Counted from the first letter of the stretch, positions 17,067 through 25,859 are shown. The stretch: 25,859 bases of DNA from Candidatus Nucleicultricaceae bacterium (GCA_051961235.1 JBQCDM010000206.1:1-25859); one strand, 5' to 3'. Made by a program: numbers and translations. The notes: generated by a model from the letters alone, not told the origin.

Positions 17067-18014
17067 ATGATTACACCACTTGCCTTCGAACAACCCATTG
17101 CAGAGCTAGAAAGCAAACTGAATGAGTTGAGACATTTATCCAGTTCGCGCGATGTGAACATTACAGAGGAAATCGCGAGACTTGAAAAAAAGCTTCAAAA
17201 ACTTATCAAAGATACCTATGGCAATTTAACGCCTTGGCAAAAGGTGCAGGTTGCGCGTCATGCAGATCGTCCTCAATTTTTAGCGTATGCAGATGGATTG
17301 ATCGAGGATTTTATGCCGCTTGCTGGAGATCGCGCTTTTGCGGAAGATCGGGCCCTTATTGGTGGCATTGGTCGTTTTCGTGGTCAAGCCGTGATGGTGA
17401 TGGGGCATCAAAAAGGCCATGATACCGAAACACGGATATATCATAATTTTGGCATGCCTAAACCTGAAGGATATCGCAAGGCGCGACGTCTCATGGAATT
17501 GGCGAATCACTTTGGGTTGCCGATCCTCACCTTTGTGGACACCGCAGGCGCTCATCCTGGTATTGATGCGGAAGAGCGTGGACAATCAGAAGCAATTGCA
17601 CGTTGTATTGAGGAGTTGCTCACGGTTAAGGTTCCGGTTTTAACTGTCGTCACAGGCGAAGGTGGATCGGGTGGTGCTATTGCGATTGCGGTTGCCAATA
17701 GTGTGATGATGTTAGAACATGCTGTTTATTCGGTTATTTCGCCAGAAGGGTGTGCTTCTATTCTATGGAGAACAGCTGAGAAAAAAGAACTCGCGGCGGC
17801 TGCGCAAAAATTAACGGCCTCTGATCTTTTAGAATTTGGTGTGATTGATCGCATTATACAAGAACCAGTTGGTGGTGCGCACCGTTCACCCAAATCAACG
17901 ATCACAGCGGTCGGAGACGCTCTTGAGACGCAACTCAAAATTTTATTGAAAATTGCGCCTGAAGAACTTTTGAAATCGAGACGTGACAAGTTTGCCTCGA
18001 TGGGAGCTATTTAA
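17067..18014 (+). CDS. accA: Acetyl-CoA carboxylase carboxyltransferase alpha subunit
   Basis: Motifs LTPWQKVQVARH, GDRAFAED, NFGMPKPEGYRKA, DTAGAHPG..AEERGQ, GEGGSGGA and YSVISPEGCASILW. Confidence 0.98.
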   Translation: MITPLAFEQPIAELESKLNELRHLSSSRDVNITEEIARLEKKLQKLIKDTYGNLTPWQKVQVARHADRPQFLAYADGLIEDFMPLAGDRAFAEDRALIGGIGRFRGQAVMVMGHQKGHDTETRIYHNFGMPKPEGYRKARRLMELANHFGLPILTFVDTAGAHPGIDAEERGQSEAIARCIEELLTVKVPVLTVVTGEGGSGGAIAIAVANSVMMLEHAVYSVISPEGCASILWRTAEKKELAAAAQKLTASDLLEFGVIDRIIQEPVGGAHRSPKSTITAVGDALETQLKILLKIAPEELLKSRRDKFASMGAI

Positions 18015-18037
18015 CCTTAAAAAGGTGTGTTTGCAGA

Positions 18038-19825
18038 TTGGAACACCAGGATATTTTTGTCGATCAATCCTGTACAGGTAAACGCTGGGAAGCGCGGCCT
18101 TACCGGGAAAAGGATGCCTTAGCGATTACACAACAGTGTGAAACGCCGGAATTGATTTCACGTTTGATTGCATCGCGTGGTGTTGATTGTTTGATGGCAG
18201 ACGCTTTTTTAAATCCTACCTTGAAAGCATCTATGCCAGATCCAGATCATTTGAAGGATATGAACCTGGCCGTAGAGCTTGTGGCGAATCTTGTTATCAA
18301 TCAAAAGACTATTGGTGTTTTTGGCGATTATGACGTGGATGGAGCGACGGCCTCCTCTTTGCTTGTGAACTATTTTGATGCGTTAGGTATCAAAACGTTT
18401 GCACACATCCCTGATCGAATTGAGGAGGGATATGGTCCTAATATTGAAGCGATGCGGAAACTCAAAAATCAGGGCTGTGCGGTTGTTTTAACGGTTGATT
18501 GTGGAACCACGTCATTTGATGTTTTAGAACAAGCGCATAATGAGGGTATTGATGTCATCGTCTTAGATCATCACGGTAGCGAATCAGAGCTGCCACGGAC
18601 CAAGGCATTGATTAATCCCAATCGATGGGATGAGGATAGCGCGCTCACCTATGTTTCTGCCGTGGGGCTTGTTTACTTGTTTATTGTTGCATTGAACCGA
18701 TTATTGCGTTTGCGCGGGTTTTTTGAAAAACAAGACGCGCCAGACTTATTACAATTTCTGGATTTAGTGGCTTTAGGCACGGTTTGTGATGTTGTTCCAT
18801 TGATTGGGCTCAATCGGGCTTATGTTCGTCAAGGCTTAAAAGTCTTTCACCAGCGTCAGAATTTGGGATTAAAGACTTTATGTGATGTTGTTGGTATTCA
18901 TCAAAAAATATCAGCGTATCACTTAGGGTTTGTTATTGGCCCTCGTATTAATGCAGGTGGGCGCGTTGGCTCATCAAATCTTGGTCTTCGGTTGTTGACG
19001 ACAAAGGATCCCTTGGAAGCTCTCGATATTGCGCGAAAACTCGATGCGTTAAATAAAGAACGCCAGCAAATCGAATTGCAAGCACTAGATGAAGCCTATC
19101 AAATGGCTGATGCCATGACGGATGATATGATTATTGTTGATGGCCAATGGCACCAAGGGATTATTGGTATTGTGGCTGGACGCCTTAAAGAACGTTACCA
19201 TAAACCAACCTTAGTAATTACCTTTGATGAAGAGAATATTGGAAAAGGATCGGGGCGCTCCATTGAAGGGATTGATCTTGGATCCTTAATGCATGCCGCC
19301 AAAGCCGAAGGTTTGCTGATTAATGGTGGGGGGCATGCTATGGCGGCGGGTTTTACAATCCACCGGGATAAAGTGCAGGCGTTCAAAGTATTTATGAACG
19401 AGCGGTTGAAGAACATGTCCTATAAAAAGACGCCGGTTATATGTTTTGATGGTTTTTTGACGCTGAATGCTCTTAATGAAGAATTTATGTGCTCCCTTGA
19501 TCTGGTCGCGCCCTTTGGCCAATCAAACCCTTCTCCTCTTTTTGTGTTAAACGATCTTTTCATTAAAAAAGTCGATCTTTTGGCGCAAGGTCATATCTCA
19601 TGCATCTTAAACGACTTGTCTGGAAAAACTATTAAGGCCTTTGCTTTTAAAGCGATGGATTCAGACTTAGGTCCAAGGCTTTTGAAGCATGAAGGGAAGA
19701 GGTTTCATTTTATTGGCTCTCCTAAAATTAATGCATGGGGTGGCCAAGAGACAATCCAATTTACCATTCAAGATGTGTCTGATGTAGCAAAAGGAAACAG
19801 TGCTCAACTCAAGACGGGGAGTTAA
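18038..19825 (+). CDS. recJ: Single-stranded-DNA exonuclease RecJ
   Basis: Motifs FGDYDVDG, TVDCG, LDHH, DLVALGTVCDVVPL, GPRINAGGR, GSGRS and GGHAMAAG; TTG start. Confidence 0.97.
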   Translation: MEHQDIFVDQSCTGKRWEARPYREKDALAITQQCETPELISRLIASRGVDCLMADAFLNPTLKASMPDPDHLKDMNLAVELVANLVINQKTIGVFGDYDVDGATASSLLVNYFDALGIKTFAHIPDRIEEGYGPNIEAMRKLKNQGCAVVLTVDCGTTSFDVLEQAHNEGIDVIVLDHHGSESELPRTKALINPNRWDEDSALTYVSAVGLVYLFIVALNRLLRLRGFFEKQDAPDLLQFLDLVALGTVCDVVPLIGLNRAYVRQGLKVFHQRQNLGLKTLCDVVGIHQKISAYHLGFVIGPRINAGGRVGSSNLGLRLLTTKDPLEALDIARKLDALNKERQQIELQALDEAYQMADAMTDDMIIVDGQWHQGIIGIVAGRLKERYHKPTLVITFDEENIGKGSGRSIEGIDLGSLMHAAKAEGLLINGGGHAMAAGFTIHRDKVQAFKVFMNERLKNMSYKKTPVICFDGFLTLNALNEEFMCSLDLVAPFGQSNPSPLFVLNDLFIKKVDLLAQGHISCILNDLSGKTIKAFAFKAMDSDLGPRLLKHEGKRFHFIGSPKINAWGGQETIQFTIQDVSDVAKGNSAQLKTGS

Positions 19826-19831
19826 GGGTGA

Positions 19832-20572
19832 ATGGTCGGGTTTGGCGATTTCTTCGAGAAAGTGATTCACTTTATTATGCCAGCGCGCTGTTTAATGTGT
19901 GCTGATCCGCTTCAGTCTGATTATGGTTTGTGCCAACAGTGTTGGGCATATTTTGATTTTGCAAATCCACCGCTGTGTTGTTCTTGTGGGTGTCCTTTGG
20001 CAATGGAGATGGATGAAGACTTGAGGTGCCCTTTCTGTCTTAACGATAGTGAACCTTGGCGGCAGCAACGATACGTTTTTACATATGGGATAAACAGTAA
20101 AGCCCTCGTGCTGCGATTTAAACATCATGATGCTTTACACCTAGCGAAAACATTTGGTCCGTGGCTTGCAAGAGTCTCGGAAACATTCGAAGCAACACAT
20201 GACTATATTATTCCCGTGCCGCTTTATTGGACACGCTTATTTAAACGGCAATATAATCAATCGGCACTTTTGGCTGAGGAATTATCAAAAATTATTAAGA
20301 AACCACTTGTCGTGGATGGTCTTATTAAGAATCGTGCAACACCGTCGCAAGGTGTTTTATCTCGCTATAAGCGCATGAAAAACGTCCAGAATGCGTTTCA
20401 GGTAAAAGAGTCTCATCAAAAGAAATTACAAGGATCTCGTGTGCTTTTGGTGGATGATGTTTTTACAACGGGATCAACGGTTCGAGTATGCACAGAAGCG
20501 TTGTTAAACGCTGGTGTTTTAGCCGTGGATGTTTTAACTTTAGCGCGTGTTAAGAAGGAGCAAAAACAATGA
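19832..20572 (+). CDS. comF: ComF-family protein (double zinc ribbon plus phosphoribosyltransferase domain)
   Basis: CxxC pairs (CLMC, CQQC, CSC.C, CPFC), PVPLY..R...RQYNQS and LLVDDVFTTGST. Confidence 0.9.
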   Translation: MVGFGDFFEKVIHFIMPARCLMCADPLQSDYGLCQQCWAYFDFANPPLCCSCGCPLAMEMDEDLRCPFCLNDSEPWRQQRYVFTYGINSKALVLRFKHHDALHLAKTFGPWLARVSETFEATHDYIIPVPLYWTRLFKRQYNQSALLAEELSKIIKKPLVVDGLIKNRATPSQGVLSRYKRMKNVQNAFQVKESHQKKLQGSRVLLVDDVFTTGSTVRVCTEALLNAGVLAVDVLTLARVKKEQKQ

Positions 20573-20826
20573 AACCTGTTCAAGTTTATACAACGAATTA
20601 TTGCCCATATTGTGTTCGTGCAAAAGCGCTTTTAGAGAAAAAAGGCGTTGCTTTTGAAGAGATCGATTTAACCCATGATGATGCAGGACGTATAGCCTTG
20701 GTAGAAAAATCAGGCGGCCGTAAAACAGTGCCACAAATTTTTATCGGGGATTATCATGTGGGTGGCTGTGATGATTTATATGCACTAGATCTGGATGGAA
20801 AGTTGGATGACTTGCTGAAGGATTAG
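20569..20826 (+). CDS. grxC: Glutaredoxin 3
   Basis: CPYC active site, TVPQIFI and GGCDDL. Confidence 0.96.
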   Translation: MKPVQVYTTNYCPYCVRAKALLEKKGVAFEEIDLTHDDAGRIALVEKSGGRKTVPQIFIGDYHVGGCDDLYALDLDGKLDDLLKD

Positions 20827-20828
20827 AA

Positions 20829-20856
20829 AAAAAGAGGCCCAAAGAGGCCTCTTTTT
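20829..20856. terminator. Bidirectional intrinsic terminator between grxC and the patatin gene
   Basis: AAAAAGAGGCC-CAAAGA-GGCCTCTTTTT stem-loop directly after the grxC stop. Confidence 0.85.
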
Positions 20857-20895
20857 ATTGCATGCGTCAATAATCTTTACAAAGAATGATCGTTT

Positions 20896-22086
20896 TTATT
20901 CTTCCTCAGTGGGGAGAAGAAGTTTGGCCGCTCTTAAAATCAGCTGTTTGTTGTTTTCATTCTCAATAAAGGCATCATAAGCAACTTTCATTTTTTGGAA
21001 GTTGGCGGTATCAACACCATCCATAGCCACTTTTTCGGGTAGGATAATGTTAAGACGGACAAAACGATTCCCAAAGATTTTCTTAGCCATTTGAGCGGTG
21101 CATTGTGAATTTCCATCCATACAAAGATCCATCAATTGTGGAACATAATCCTCTGCGCCTAGATCAGGATTAAACTCTCTTTTTGTTGATGGACGACCTG
21201 TTCCAATGGAAACGTAGTGATAGGTGAGTGCTTCTGGCCCCTTGTGTTTTGTCAGAATGCTGAAAGCTGCGAGCACTGGGTTGTTGGCATCAAGGCCGCC
21301 ATCAACCAACATGTCTTTTGTTAATTCATCTTGTTCACCTTGGAAATAAACCGGCGCTGACGCTGAAGCTAAAACGACTTTTGCAACCTTTTTATTTTTG
21401 CGCCATGTCACGTCTTCCGTTTTGACTGCTTCGTTTTTCTGGACTTCTTTGCGTGCAGAAAAAGTTGACATAATTTCTGTTTTTTGTTGGGTTGAGTTGT
21501 GGGCTACAACAACTAAATCCTTTTCGATATCCGCAAGTCGTGTGTCTGCGCCATGGATTTCTTTTAGGCGGGTTTCAAGGTAACTCTTATCGTAAATTTC
21601 ATCTCTTAATCCAAAGAGTGAAGAGATGCGTTTAAAAAAAGTATGGTTAAAGATACTGCCGCCTTCGGTCTCAAGAATTTTTTTGAGATCATCCAGGTTC
21701 ATTTTGCCTCTTGAAAGGGCACTTGCAATCATCGCGCCTACCGATGTTCCTGCAAAAACATTCACATGTTCTCCAAGATTGACAGGCTTTCCAGTGAGTT
21801 CACGCATCTTGTCTTGGATTGCAAGCGCAACCAAAATCTGCCACCAACCGCGTATGCCGCCACCATCGAGCGTCAAAACGCGAAGAGGTGCAGGTTTTTC
21901 TGATGGAATCAAAGATGTGGAGGCTGATGCGGTGGTTGTCGTTTGATTTTGCACAATGCCGTCTGTAGATACCACTGTACTTGACTGAGTTTGAGTCAAC
22001 GTTACTCCAGAAGTAGCTTTTGTCTCTGATGTGCAAGTAATAAAAAGAAAAGATAGTATTAAATGAAAGGGTGACTTTTTTAGCAT
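20896..22086 (-). CDS. Secreted patatin-like phospholipase
   Basis: Motifs LTLDGGGIRG, AGTSVG (GxSxG) and VDGG; N-terminal signal peptide MLKKSPFHLILSFLFITCTSETKA followed by a Ser/Thr-rich linker. Start 22086 has GAGGT upstream (track start 22110). Confidence 0.9.
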   Translation of the reverse strand: MLKKSPFHLILSFLFITCTSETKATSGVTLTQTQSSTVVSTDGIVQNQTTTTASASTSLIPSEKPAPLRVLTLDGGGIRGWWQILVALAIQDKMRELTGKPVNLGEHVNVFAGTSVGAMIASALSRGKMNLDDLKKILETEGGSIFNHTFFKRISSLFGLRDEIYDKSYLETRLKEIHGADTRLADIEKDLVVVAHNSTQQKTEIMSTFSARKEVQKNEAVKTEDVTWRKNKKVAKVVLASASAPVYFQGEQDELTKDMLVDGGLDANNPVLAAFSILTKHKGPEALTYHYVSIGTGRPSTKREFNPDLGAEDYVPQLMDLCMDGNSQCTAQMAKKIFGNRFVRLNIILPEKVAMDGVDTANFQKMKVAYDAFIENENNKQLILRAAKLLLPTEEE

Positions 22087-22121
22087 TTTTATATACCTCA
22101 TAATTAACATGAAATAATTTA

Positions 22122-22136
22122 TTAATGAGGCGTTAA
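22122..22136. promoter_or_regulatory. Candidate CtrA box (TTAA-N7-TTAA)
   Basis: TTAA-TGAGGCG-TTAA located 36-50 nt upstream of the likely patatin start. Confidence 0.35.
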
Positions 22137-22189
22137 TAAACTATTTATAAAGGTTTATGTTTTATTGAAGTATTGTTAGTGTTTTGATT

Positions 22190-22939
22190 TTATTCGGAAA
22201 AACTTGGGTCATGAACACCGACCATAATATAATTAATCCCTAAATCATGAGAAAGTGACCATGCACCTGTGAGCGGATTATAGACCATGCCCTTTAAATC
22301 AAAGGGGCGAATGCCTTCATTTTGGAGGAGTTGGTGGAGCGTTGCAGGCGGTAGAAACTTATCCCATTGATGGGATCCCTGAGGCACCCATTTCAAAATA
22401 AACTCAGCACCAAGAATGGCAAGCGCGTAAGACTTTAAGGTTTTATTTAAAGTGCTTAAGAAAATGAGGCCATTCTTCTTGAGGAGTTTGACGGAATCAT
22501 TAAGAAACTGCCCTGGATCTGTCACATGTTCAATAATCTCGAGCGCGGTGATAACGTCAAAGCGTCCCTCTTCGTGTGCAAGACCCTCAGGCGTTGATAC
22601 TTTATAGTTAATAGTAAGATTGGATTGTTGGGCGTGAAGGGACGCCATCTTAATGTTTTTTTCTCCGGCATCAATCCCTGTGACGGTTCCACCTAAACGT
22701 GCAAGAGGTTCTGTTAAAATGCCGCCGCCGCACCCAATATCAAGTATGTCTAGACCCTGAAAGGGCGTGGGGGATGTCCCATCAAGATTAAAGTGTTGAA
22801 TGGTTTTTTCACGGATATAACTGATTCTGCAAGGATTCATTCTGTGGAGAATTTTAAAAGGACCTTCTGGATCCCACCATGCTTTGGCATCTTTCTCAAA
22901 ATGTTTAATTTCGTCGGGATGAGAGGATGAATACGTCAC
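22190..22939 (-). CDS. ubiG: Ubiquinone biosynthesis O-methyltransferase
   Basis: Motifs WWDPEGPFKILHRMNPCR, LDIGCGGGILTEPLARLG, ALEIIEHV, STLNKT and AEFILKWVPQGSHQW; GTG start. Confidence 0.96.
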   Translation of the reverse strand: MTYSSSHPDEIKHFEKDAKAWWDPEGPFKILHRMNPCRISYIREKTIQHFNLDGTSPTPFQGLDILDIGCGGGILTEPLARLGGTVTGIDAGEKNIKMASLHAQQSNLTINYKVSTPEGLAHEEGRFDVITALEIIEHVTDPGQFLNDSVKLLKKNGLIFLSTLNKTLKSYALAILGAEFILKWVPQGSHQWDKFLPPATLHQLLQNEGIRPFDLKGMVYNPLTGAWSLSHDLGINYIMVGVHDPSFSE

Positions 22940-22974
22940 CGTTAGCCGCCATTAAAATTGTATATATTGGCCTT

Positions 22975-23048
22975 AAAGTAAAGTAAGAGGAATCCTACTG
23001 TCAATCGGAAGAGTATTTCTTGACCTTTTTTAGTGATCTGTTTAAATC
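22975..23048. promoter_or_regulatory. Back-to-back sigma70-like promoters for ubiG (minus) and the flavoenzyme-ptsP operon (plus)
   Basis: Minus strand TTGACA(23004-22999)-N18-TACTTT; plus strand TTGACC(23020-23025)-N17-TAAATC. Confidence 0.4.
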
Positions 23049-23081
23049 GATCATCTCTTTATATTAATTGATGAGGATAAG

Positions 23082-24152
23082 ATGATTTCGGCGACAGAAC
23101 AATTAAACACACTCATGAAAAAGGGAACGGACCTTCTGGGATCTCGTTATGCTATCTTAGGCGGTGCTATGACATGGGTGTCTGAACGGAATCTGGTCTC
23201 AGCGATCTCCAATGCAGGTGGCTTTGGTGTTCTTGCTTGCGGTGCGATGAATCCTGATCTATTGAGGGCGGAAATTGAGGGCACGCAATCACTTACCCAA
23301 AAGCCATTTGGCGTTAATTTAATCACCTTGCATCCAGAGTTGAAAGCTCTGATCCAAGTCTGTATTGAAACCGGTGTGACGCATGTGGTTCTTGCAGGTG
23401 GTATTCCAAGTCAAGAATCTATAGAGATGCTTAAAGGATCAGGGGTAAAAGTTTTGTGCTTTACGCCAGCGCTTGCACTTGCAAAACGATTGATACGTCA
23501 AGGTGTGGATGGCCTTATTATTGAGGGGCATGAAGAAGGTGGGCATATTGGTCCAGTTTCAACAAGTGTGCTGGCGCAAGAAATTTTACCACATATCCAA
23601 GACGTACCTGTTTTTGTTGCAGGTGGTATTGGACGTGGTGAAGTGATGTTATCGTATCTGGAGATGGGGGCTGCGGGATGTCAATTTGGTACACGTTTTG
23701 TGTGTGCCCATGAATCAAGAGCGCATCCAAACTTTAAAAAAATGTTTCTTCGAGCGTCCTCTCGTGATGCTGTGGCTTCTTCTCAAATAGATGCTCGATT
23801 TCCTGTGATTCCTGTGCGTGCTCTTGCCAATGAAGGCACGAAAAATTTTCTAGAACTTCAGAGAAAATTAATAGATTTAGTTGATAAAGGCGAAATGGAA
23901 CTTAAAGACGCGCAGATGCAAATCGAACATTACTGGGCGGGGGCTCTTCGTCGTGCTGTGATTGAAGGCGATGTTGATCATGGATCAATAATGGCAGGAC
24001 AAAGCGTTGGTCTTGTTTCTGCGGAAGAACCAACAGAAAAAATAGTAAAAGATTTAGTGGCGCAAGCCATTGATCAAATCGATAAAAAACAGGCGAGATA
24101 TGAAAGCACTTCTTCAATTTCAGGTGAGCAACGACCGCTCACGACTTCTTAA
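23082..24152 (+). CDS. Nitronate monooxygenase / FabK-like FMN oxidoreductase
   Basis: Motifs GGAMTWVS, AGGFGVLA, KPFGVNLI, EGHEEGGHIG, VFVAGGIGRG, GTRF and GSIMAGQSVG. Confidence 0.9.
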   Translation: MISATEQLNTLMKKGTDLLGSRYAILGGAMTWVSERNLVSAISNAGGFGVLACGAMNPDLLRAEIEGTQSLTQKPFGVNLITLHPELKALIQVCIETGVTHVVLAGGIPSQESIEMLKGSGVKVLCFTPALALAKRLIRQGVDGLIIEGHEEGGHIGPVSTSVLAQEILPHIQDVPVFVAGGIGRGEVMLSYLEMGAAGCQFGTRFVCAHESRAHPNFKKMFLRASSRDAVASSQIDARFPVIPVRALANEGTKNFLELQRKLIDLVDKGEMELKDAQMQIEHYWAGALRRAVIEGDVDHGSIMAGQSVGLVSAEEPTEKIVKDLVAQAIDQIDKKQARYESTSSISGEQRPLTTS

Positions 24153-25671
24153 ACGGCTGCGCGACACCCTCGCTGAGGCTGTGATTTCGCCACAAGAAAA
24201 ACTCGATTCTATCGTGAAGCTTGTGGCATCTGAAATGAAGACAGATGTTTGTTCTATTTATTTGCTGAGGTCTGGTACCTGCCTTGAGCTTTTTGCAACC
24301 TATGGATTGAATGCGGGTTATATTCATAAAACGCGACTCAAGAAAGGTGAAGGGGTTGTGGGCGAGGTTGCTCAACATGGCCATGTTCTCGTTTTGGCGG
24401 ACGCTAAACAACACAAGAATTTTAGATTTATTGAGGGCATAGGCGAAGATCTTATGTGTGGTTTTGCAGGTGTGCCTATCAGCCGCAGCGGTCGCATTCT
24501 TGGCGTTCTTGTGGCGCAAACGCGAGACAAGAGATTTTTCCACGCCGAAGAGGTTGAAACACTTCAGACGATTTCCATGATTTTAGCGGAGATCGTGGGC
24601 TCTGGACAAATTATTAGTTTGAATGAGCTCATGTCATCCGATGGTGTTGATGCGCTGTCCTTACGATTTAAAGGCATTACATTAAATCAGGGATTGGCTC
24701 TAGGGCAAGCTGTGTTGCATCGTTCCAATATTATTGTGGGGCAATTTTTTGCCGATGATATTGGGATGGAGTTGAGCCATTTTGAAGAATCCGTGAACAA
24801 TATGCACCGCTCGCTTAAGAAACTCATTGATTCGAGCTCCTATATTTTAGCGCAAGAAGAAAGAGCTATTCTTCAAGCGTATGACCTTTTTGCTAAAGAT
24901 CATGGCTGGCTTGATGAGATTCGATCCGCCATACACACGGGCCTTACAGCAGAAGCAGCAGTACAACGGGTTTTTGCAAAAATCCGATTGGATTTTCTGT
25001 CATCTAAAAATGCTTATGTGCAAGCAAAGTTATGGGATTTTGAAGATTTAACGCATCGGCTGATGAAGCATCTAAAAAAAGATAATCAAGAGGACAATAC
25101 AGCCATTCAATGTGATGAGGGTATTATTGTGGTAGCGCGTCGTATGGGGCCTGCTGAATTGATTGATTATCAAAAGAAGCATGTGAAAGGTCTTGTGCTT
25201 GAAGAGGGAATCGATACAGCCCATGTATCTGTTATTGCGCGTGCCTTAGATATCCCGGTCATTAGCCATGTGCCCGGAATCTTTAAACGCATAGAGCAAG
25301 GCGAAATGATTTTTATGGATGGTGAGACGGGGCATGTCATTATTCATCCTTCCGATGAAGATCTTGAGAATTTTAAAAAGAAGCAATCGTGGTTTCTTCA
25401 AAAACATGTGGACCCAGAAGAAATGAGAGATTTGCCCGCGCAAAGTTTGGATGGGCAAACGATAGAGTTAGATTTGAATGCAGGTTTGTTGAGTGATTTG
25501 CGTTATGTGGATTTGCTCAACGTTAATGGCATCGGGCTTTATCGCACAGAGATACCATTTATGATGACATCAACGTATCCTGATGTTGAAGCACAAGAAA
25601 AGATCTATGGGGACGTTTTTTCGTACACGAAAGATCGGTCTGTTCGTTTTAGAACACTTGATATTGGCTGA
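24100..25671 (+). CDS. ptsP: Nitrogen-related PTS enzyme I (GAF + PEP-utilising), interrupted by an in-frame TGA at 25669
   Basis: GAF domain (CSIYLL..LELFATYGLN, GEGVVG), phospho-His motif TAHVSVIARALDIP, GIGLYRTE and FRTLDIG*. Start is probably 24100 (track start 24070). Confidence 0.92.
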   Translation: MKALLQFQVSNDRSRLLKRLRDTLAEAVISPQEKLDSIVKLVASEMKTDVCSIYLLRSGTCLELFATYGLNAGYIHKTRLKKGEGVVGEVAQHGHVLVLADAKQHKNFRFIEGIGEDLMCGFAGVPISRSGRILGVLVAQTRDKRFFHAEEVETLQTISMILAEIVGSGQIISLNELMSSDGVDALSLRFKGITLNQGLALGQAVLHRSNIIVGQFFADDIGMELSHFEESVNNMHRSLKKLIDSSSYILAQEERAILQAYDLFAKDHGWLDEIRSAIHTGLTAEAAVQRVFAKIRLDFLSSKNAYVQAKLWDFEDLTHRLMKHLKKDNQEDNTAIQCDEGIIVVARRMGPAELIDYQKKHVKGLVLEEGIDTAHVSVIARALDIPVISHVPGIFKRIEQGEMIFMDGETGHVIIHPSDEDLENFKKKQSWFLQKHVDPEEMRDLPAQSLDGQTIELDLNAGLLSDLRYVDLLNVNGIGLYRTEIPFMMTSTYPDVEAQEKIYGDVFSYTKDRSVRFRTLDIG

Positions 25672-25859
25672 GATAATGTTCTTCCTTATTATAGCTCTTT
25701 TGAGGAAGAAAATCCGCTTATGGGATGGCGTGCTATTCGTATTGGGTTAGATCGTCCAGCGCTTTTACGTCAGCAATTAAATGGTTTGCTGCGTGCGGCA
25801 CAAAACAAACCGCTTTCTATTATGTTTCCCATGGTGACCGAACCATGGGAATTTCAAGA
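25672..25859 (+). pseudogene. ptsP: In-frame continuation of ptsP beyond the premature stop; runs off the window
   Basis: Same frame reads DNVLPYYSSFEEENPLMGWRAIRIGLDRPALLRQQLNGLLRAAQNKPLSIMFPMVTEPWEFQ, i.e. the conserved EI EENP..G.RAIR and MFPMV motifs. Confidence 0.85.

Noticed and set aside
8507-19825. Apparent DNA-repair supercluster (uvrD, dciA, mutY, rnhB, udg, xerD, recJ)
   Set aside because: The genes have mixed orientations, are interspersed with unrelated genes, and several adjacencies are common in Alphaproteobacteria; there is no shared motif.
19832-20572. comF as evidence of natural competence
   Set aside because: comF next to grxC is widespread in non-competent Proteobacteria, and no other uptake genes are present here.
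25669-25671. TGA reassigned to Gly (genetic code 25) as an explanation for the ptsP stop
   Set aside because: TGA acts as a normal stop for lysR, the mutase S subunit, mutY and comF in this window, and no other gene has internal TGA codons.

Overview
AT-rich bacterial chromosomal window. Its gene content and order look alphaproteobacterial and reduced, resembling a Holosporales/Caedimonadales-type protist endosymbiont (inference from gene order only). From about 7.2 kb onward it is mostly housekeeping: hup, prmA, uvrD, dciA-like, mutY, rnhB, CPA2 antiporter, family-4 UDG, aroK-like, xerD, accA, recJ, comF, grxC, ubiG, a nitronate-monooxygenase-family flavoenzyme and ptsP. A secreted patatin-like phospholipase sits between grxC and ubiG. 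The most interesting part is a ~6 kb accessory locus (928-6943) between a D-Ala-D-Ala carboxypeptidase and hup. Leftward it has a LysR regulator overlapping an ATP-grasp ligase, a degenerate LuxI-fold protein and an orphan SagB/ThcOx flavin oxidase. Rightward it has a divergent two-subunit B12-dependent glutamate (methylaspartate) mutase of the biosynthetic NikU/NikV-like type. This may be an undescribed small-molecule or modified-peptide pathway. Other oddities are an in-frame TGA at a conserved Gly codon of ptsP, a shikimate kinase with an altered substrate pocket and no aroB neighbour, and a CtrA-like box upstream of the patatin gene. No rRNA, tRNA, CRISPR array or IS element was recognised. 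All family calls are by-eye motif recognition; no searches were run.
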